DNA of 64,000 nucleotides from positions 576,001 to 640,000 of the forward strand of contig CAVWFS010000008.1 in assembly GCA_963754315.1 (NCBI GenBank). Reading direction: 5' to 3'. The notes below the pieces were generated by a model, which saw only the letters and a program-made list of their open reading frames with translations, searched no databases and was not told the DNA's origin. Within the stretch, counting starts at the first letter, position 1, and every line of letters starts with the position of its first letter. Of the stretch, positions 61,042 to 64,000 are shown in pieces. Made by a program: the position numbers and the translations under genes. Source of the DNA: an uncultured Candidatus Rokubacteria bacterium. Lineage in GTDB: Bacteria > Methylomirabilota > Methylomirabilia > Rokubacteriales > CSP1-6.

Positions 61042-62655
61042 TGACGACACCAGCCATCGGTCGGCCCGAGTTTTTCCGGCCGCATCTGGAGTATCCGCGC
61101 GTTCCCTACGACCGGATGCTGACGCACGCGGCCGCGCGGTACCCGGAGAACGTCGCCGTCGTCTTTCGCGACGTGAGCCTCACCTATCGTGAGCTGGAAG
61201 GGCTGACGACCCGCTTTGCCCACGCCCTCCGCGGGCTCGGGATCAAGCACGGCGACAAGGTTTGTCTCTTGACCTCCAACTGTCCCGAGTACGTCATCGC
61301 CTTCTACGGCATCGCCAGGGTGGGGGCCGTGGTCAGCCCCATGAATCCCTCCTACCGCGAGCGCGAGATCGAATATCAGCTCAACGACGCCGAGGCGGTG
61401 GCCATCGTGGTCCACACCGAGCTGCTGCCCCTGGTGGAATCGGTACGGGCGCGACTACCCCGGCTCCGGCACGTCATCGCCATCGGCCCGGGAGCGCCCC
61501 CCGTGGGAGCGCGGGTCGAGCGCCTGAGCGCGCTCATCGAGCGCGAGCGGCCGGTGCCGCCGCCTCCCGTCGAGATCGGGGACCGTGATCTGGTGGCGCT
61601 GCCCTACTCGAGCGGGACGACGGGGCTTCCCAAGGGAGTGATGCTCACCCACGCGAACCTCGTCGCCAACAACATCCAGCTGATTGCCACCTTGCGGCTG
61701 CGGGAGAGCGATCGCTTGCTGATCTTCCTGCCCTTCTATCACATCTACGGCGCGATGCTCATGGGCGGCGCCATGTATGCGGGGGCGACCGCGGTGCTGA
61801 TGGAGCGCTTCGACCCGGCCGAATGCCTGCGGCTGGTCGCGCGCCACCGGATCACCATGCTCTTCGTGGTCCCTCCGGTGCTCTTGATGTTCTGCGGATG
61901 GTCCGAGCTGAAGAACTACGACCTCAGCAGCCTCCGCTTCTGCATGGTGGGCGCGGCTCCGCTGGCGCCCGAGCTGGCGCGTCGCTTCCGCGACCTCACC
62001 GGCGTCCCCGTGCTGCAAGGCTACGGGCTCACGGAGGCCTCTCCCCTCACGCACCTCAACCCGGTGCAGGATGACACGCTCAACGTGGTCGACGCCGCCG
62101 GCCTCCTGGTGCACGACACCGAGCAGAAGATCGTGGACGTGGAGACGGGCACCACGATCCTGGGGCCGGGCGAGGTTGGCGAAATCTGCATCCGCGGTCC
62201 CCAGGTGATGGCGGGGTACTGGAAAGCGCCCGAGGCGACGGCGGTCGCAATCCGCGACGGCTGGCTCTTCACAGGGCGACATCGGCTACGCGGACGAGCA
62301 CGGCTACACCTTCGTGAAGGACCGAAAGAAGGAGATGATCAAATACAAGGGCTTCGGGATTGCCCCGGCCGAGATCGAGGCCGTCCTCCTCGAGCACCCT
62401 GGTGTGGCCGACGCGGCCGTGATCGGCAAGCCGGATCAGGAAGCGGGAGAGATTCCCAAGGCGTTCGTCGTCCGGCGGGCCAGCCATGCTGACCTCAGCG
62501 GGGAGGACGTCGCAGACTTCGTGAAAGGCCGTCTGGCTGGCTACAAGACGGTGCGAGAGGTGGAGTTCGTGGAGGCCATTCCCAAGAATCCGTCCGGCAA
62601 GATTCTCCGACGTGTTTTGAGAGAGCAGGAGTCCCAGAAGGGAGGCACTTCGTGA
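61041..62655 (+). CDS. long-chain fatty acid/4-coumarate-CoA ligase family; frameshift near 62275
   Basis: PYSSGTTGLPKGV.LTH, QGYGLTE, RGPQVM.GY, GWLFTG then DIGY...DRKKEMIKYKG...PAEIE...PKNPSGKILRR in the next frame. Confidence 0.92.
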
Positions 62656-64000
62656 AGGTTCCAGCAGCGGTGGCGGAGATCCTGAAGCGTGAAGGGGTGA
62701 AGTTCCTCATCGGTTATCCGGTGAACAGCATCATCGAGGCGGCCGCCCAGGCCGATATCCGGACCATCATCGTTCGGCAGGAGCGCACGGGGCTGCACAT
62801 GGCCGATGCGGTGAGCCGGGTGACCTCCGGCCGGCAGATCGGCGTCTTCGCCATGCAGCACGGTCCGGGAACCGAGAACGCCTTCGGTGGCGTGGCGCAG
62901 GCCTACGGCGATTCCTCGCCCATCGTGGTCCTCCCGGGCGGCTATCCCCGTCGCATCACCAACATTCCGCCGAATTTCAACGCCTTCCTGAACTACCAGC
63001 ACGTCACCAAGTCTGTGGAGCAGGTGATCCTGCCCACGTCTGTTCCCGATGCCATGCGGCGCGCGTTCACCCAGGTCCGGAACGGACGGCCGCGGCCGGT
63101 CATGGTGGAATTTCCCGTCGATCTCTTCCAGGAAGACGTTCCGGAGCCGCTCGACTACAAGCCGGCTCCGATCGCGCGTTACGGCCCCGATCCCAGGGCG
63201 GTGGCAGACGTGGCGCGGGTGCTGGTCGCCGCCGAACGCCCCGTCATCTATGCCGGACAGGGCGTGCACTACGCGCAGGCGTGGCCTCGGCTGCGTGAGC
63301 TCGCCGAGCTGCTGGAGGCACCGGTGACCACGAGCCTGCAGGGAAAGAGCGCCTTTCCTGAAAATCATCCGCTGTCGCTCGGGTCGGGTGGCCGCTCCAT
63401 TCCCAAGACGGTGCATCACTTCTTGCGAGGAAGCCGACGTCATCTTCGGCATCGGCTGCAGCTTCGCCACCACCAACTACGGCGTGGCCATGCCGGCCGG
63501 GAAGCGGATCGTCCACGCCACGCTTGACCCGGCCGACCTCAACAAGGACGTGCGAGCCGACCACGTCTTGGTGGGCGATGCCGGGCTGACCCTGGAAGCG
63601 CTGGTGGCCGAGGTGCGCGACCGACTCAAGGGGCAGCCGCGTGGACGCGCCGATGATGTGGCGCGTGAGATCAAGGGCATCAAGGCCGAGTGGCTGGCCC
63701 AGTGGATGCCCAAGCTCACCTCGGACGAGACGCCCCTGTCCCCCTATCGGGTGCTGTGGGATCTGATGCACACCGTCGATGTGCCCAACACGATCATCAC
63801 TCACGACGCGGGGAGCCCGCGCGATCAGATCTCGCCCTTCTGGGAGAGCACCGCTCCCCTCAGCTACATCGGCTGGGGCAAGACCACCCAGCTTGGCTAT
63901 GGCCTGGGACTGGCCATGGGCGCCAAGCTGGCCCACCCAGACAAGCTCTGCATCAACGTGTGGGGTGATGCCGCGATCGGCTTCACCGGCATGGACTTCG
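62652..64000 (+). CDS. thiamine pyrophosphate-requiring enzyme (acetolactate synthase-like); frameshift near 63430; truncated by window edge
   Basis: RQER...HMAD...GPG..N, RP.PV.VE.P.D, ERPVIYAGQG; later LGYGLGLAMGAKLA.P....NVWGDAA.GF (GDG-like TPP motif). Confidence 0.9.

Overview
GC-rich bacterial chromosomal DNA, about 68-70% GC by eye. Gene content and a GC-rich palindromic repeat family suggest Candidatus Rokubacteria/Methylomirabilota, which is an unverified inference. Bases 1-13069 (minus strand) hold an extracellular contractile injection system (eCIS, Afp/PVC-like) operon that runs off the left edge. Its order is sheath, tube, baseplate-hub-like, Pro-rich protein, DUF4255/Pvc16 cap, AAA+ ATPase, two small ORFs, DUF4157 protein, tube-initiator-like, LysM, gp27-like hub, short gp5 spike, PAAR-like tip and gp25. 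The DUF4157 protein has a low-GC C-terminal extension with a second HExxH motif and is the best candidate effector. A HEPN/MNT toxin-antitoxin pair with a decayed HEPN gene borders the locus. The remaining ~50 kb is dense catabolic and housekeeping content: Rieske oxygenase, three LLM oxidoreductases, hydantoinase A/B, acyl-CoA dehydrogenases, a CoxL-like Mo enzyme, a CpxP/R/A-like module with a perfect CpxR box, a fused ABC exporter, GGT, TauD, a zincless Fpg, ComDE-like subunits and a TPP enzyme. About 17 small frameshifts break otherwise intact genes and are most likely long-read indel errors. No rRNA, tRNA, CRISPR array or transposase was recognised. All product calls come from motif recognition by eye, not database searches.
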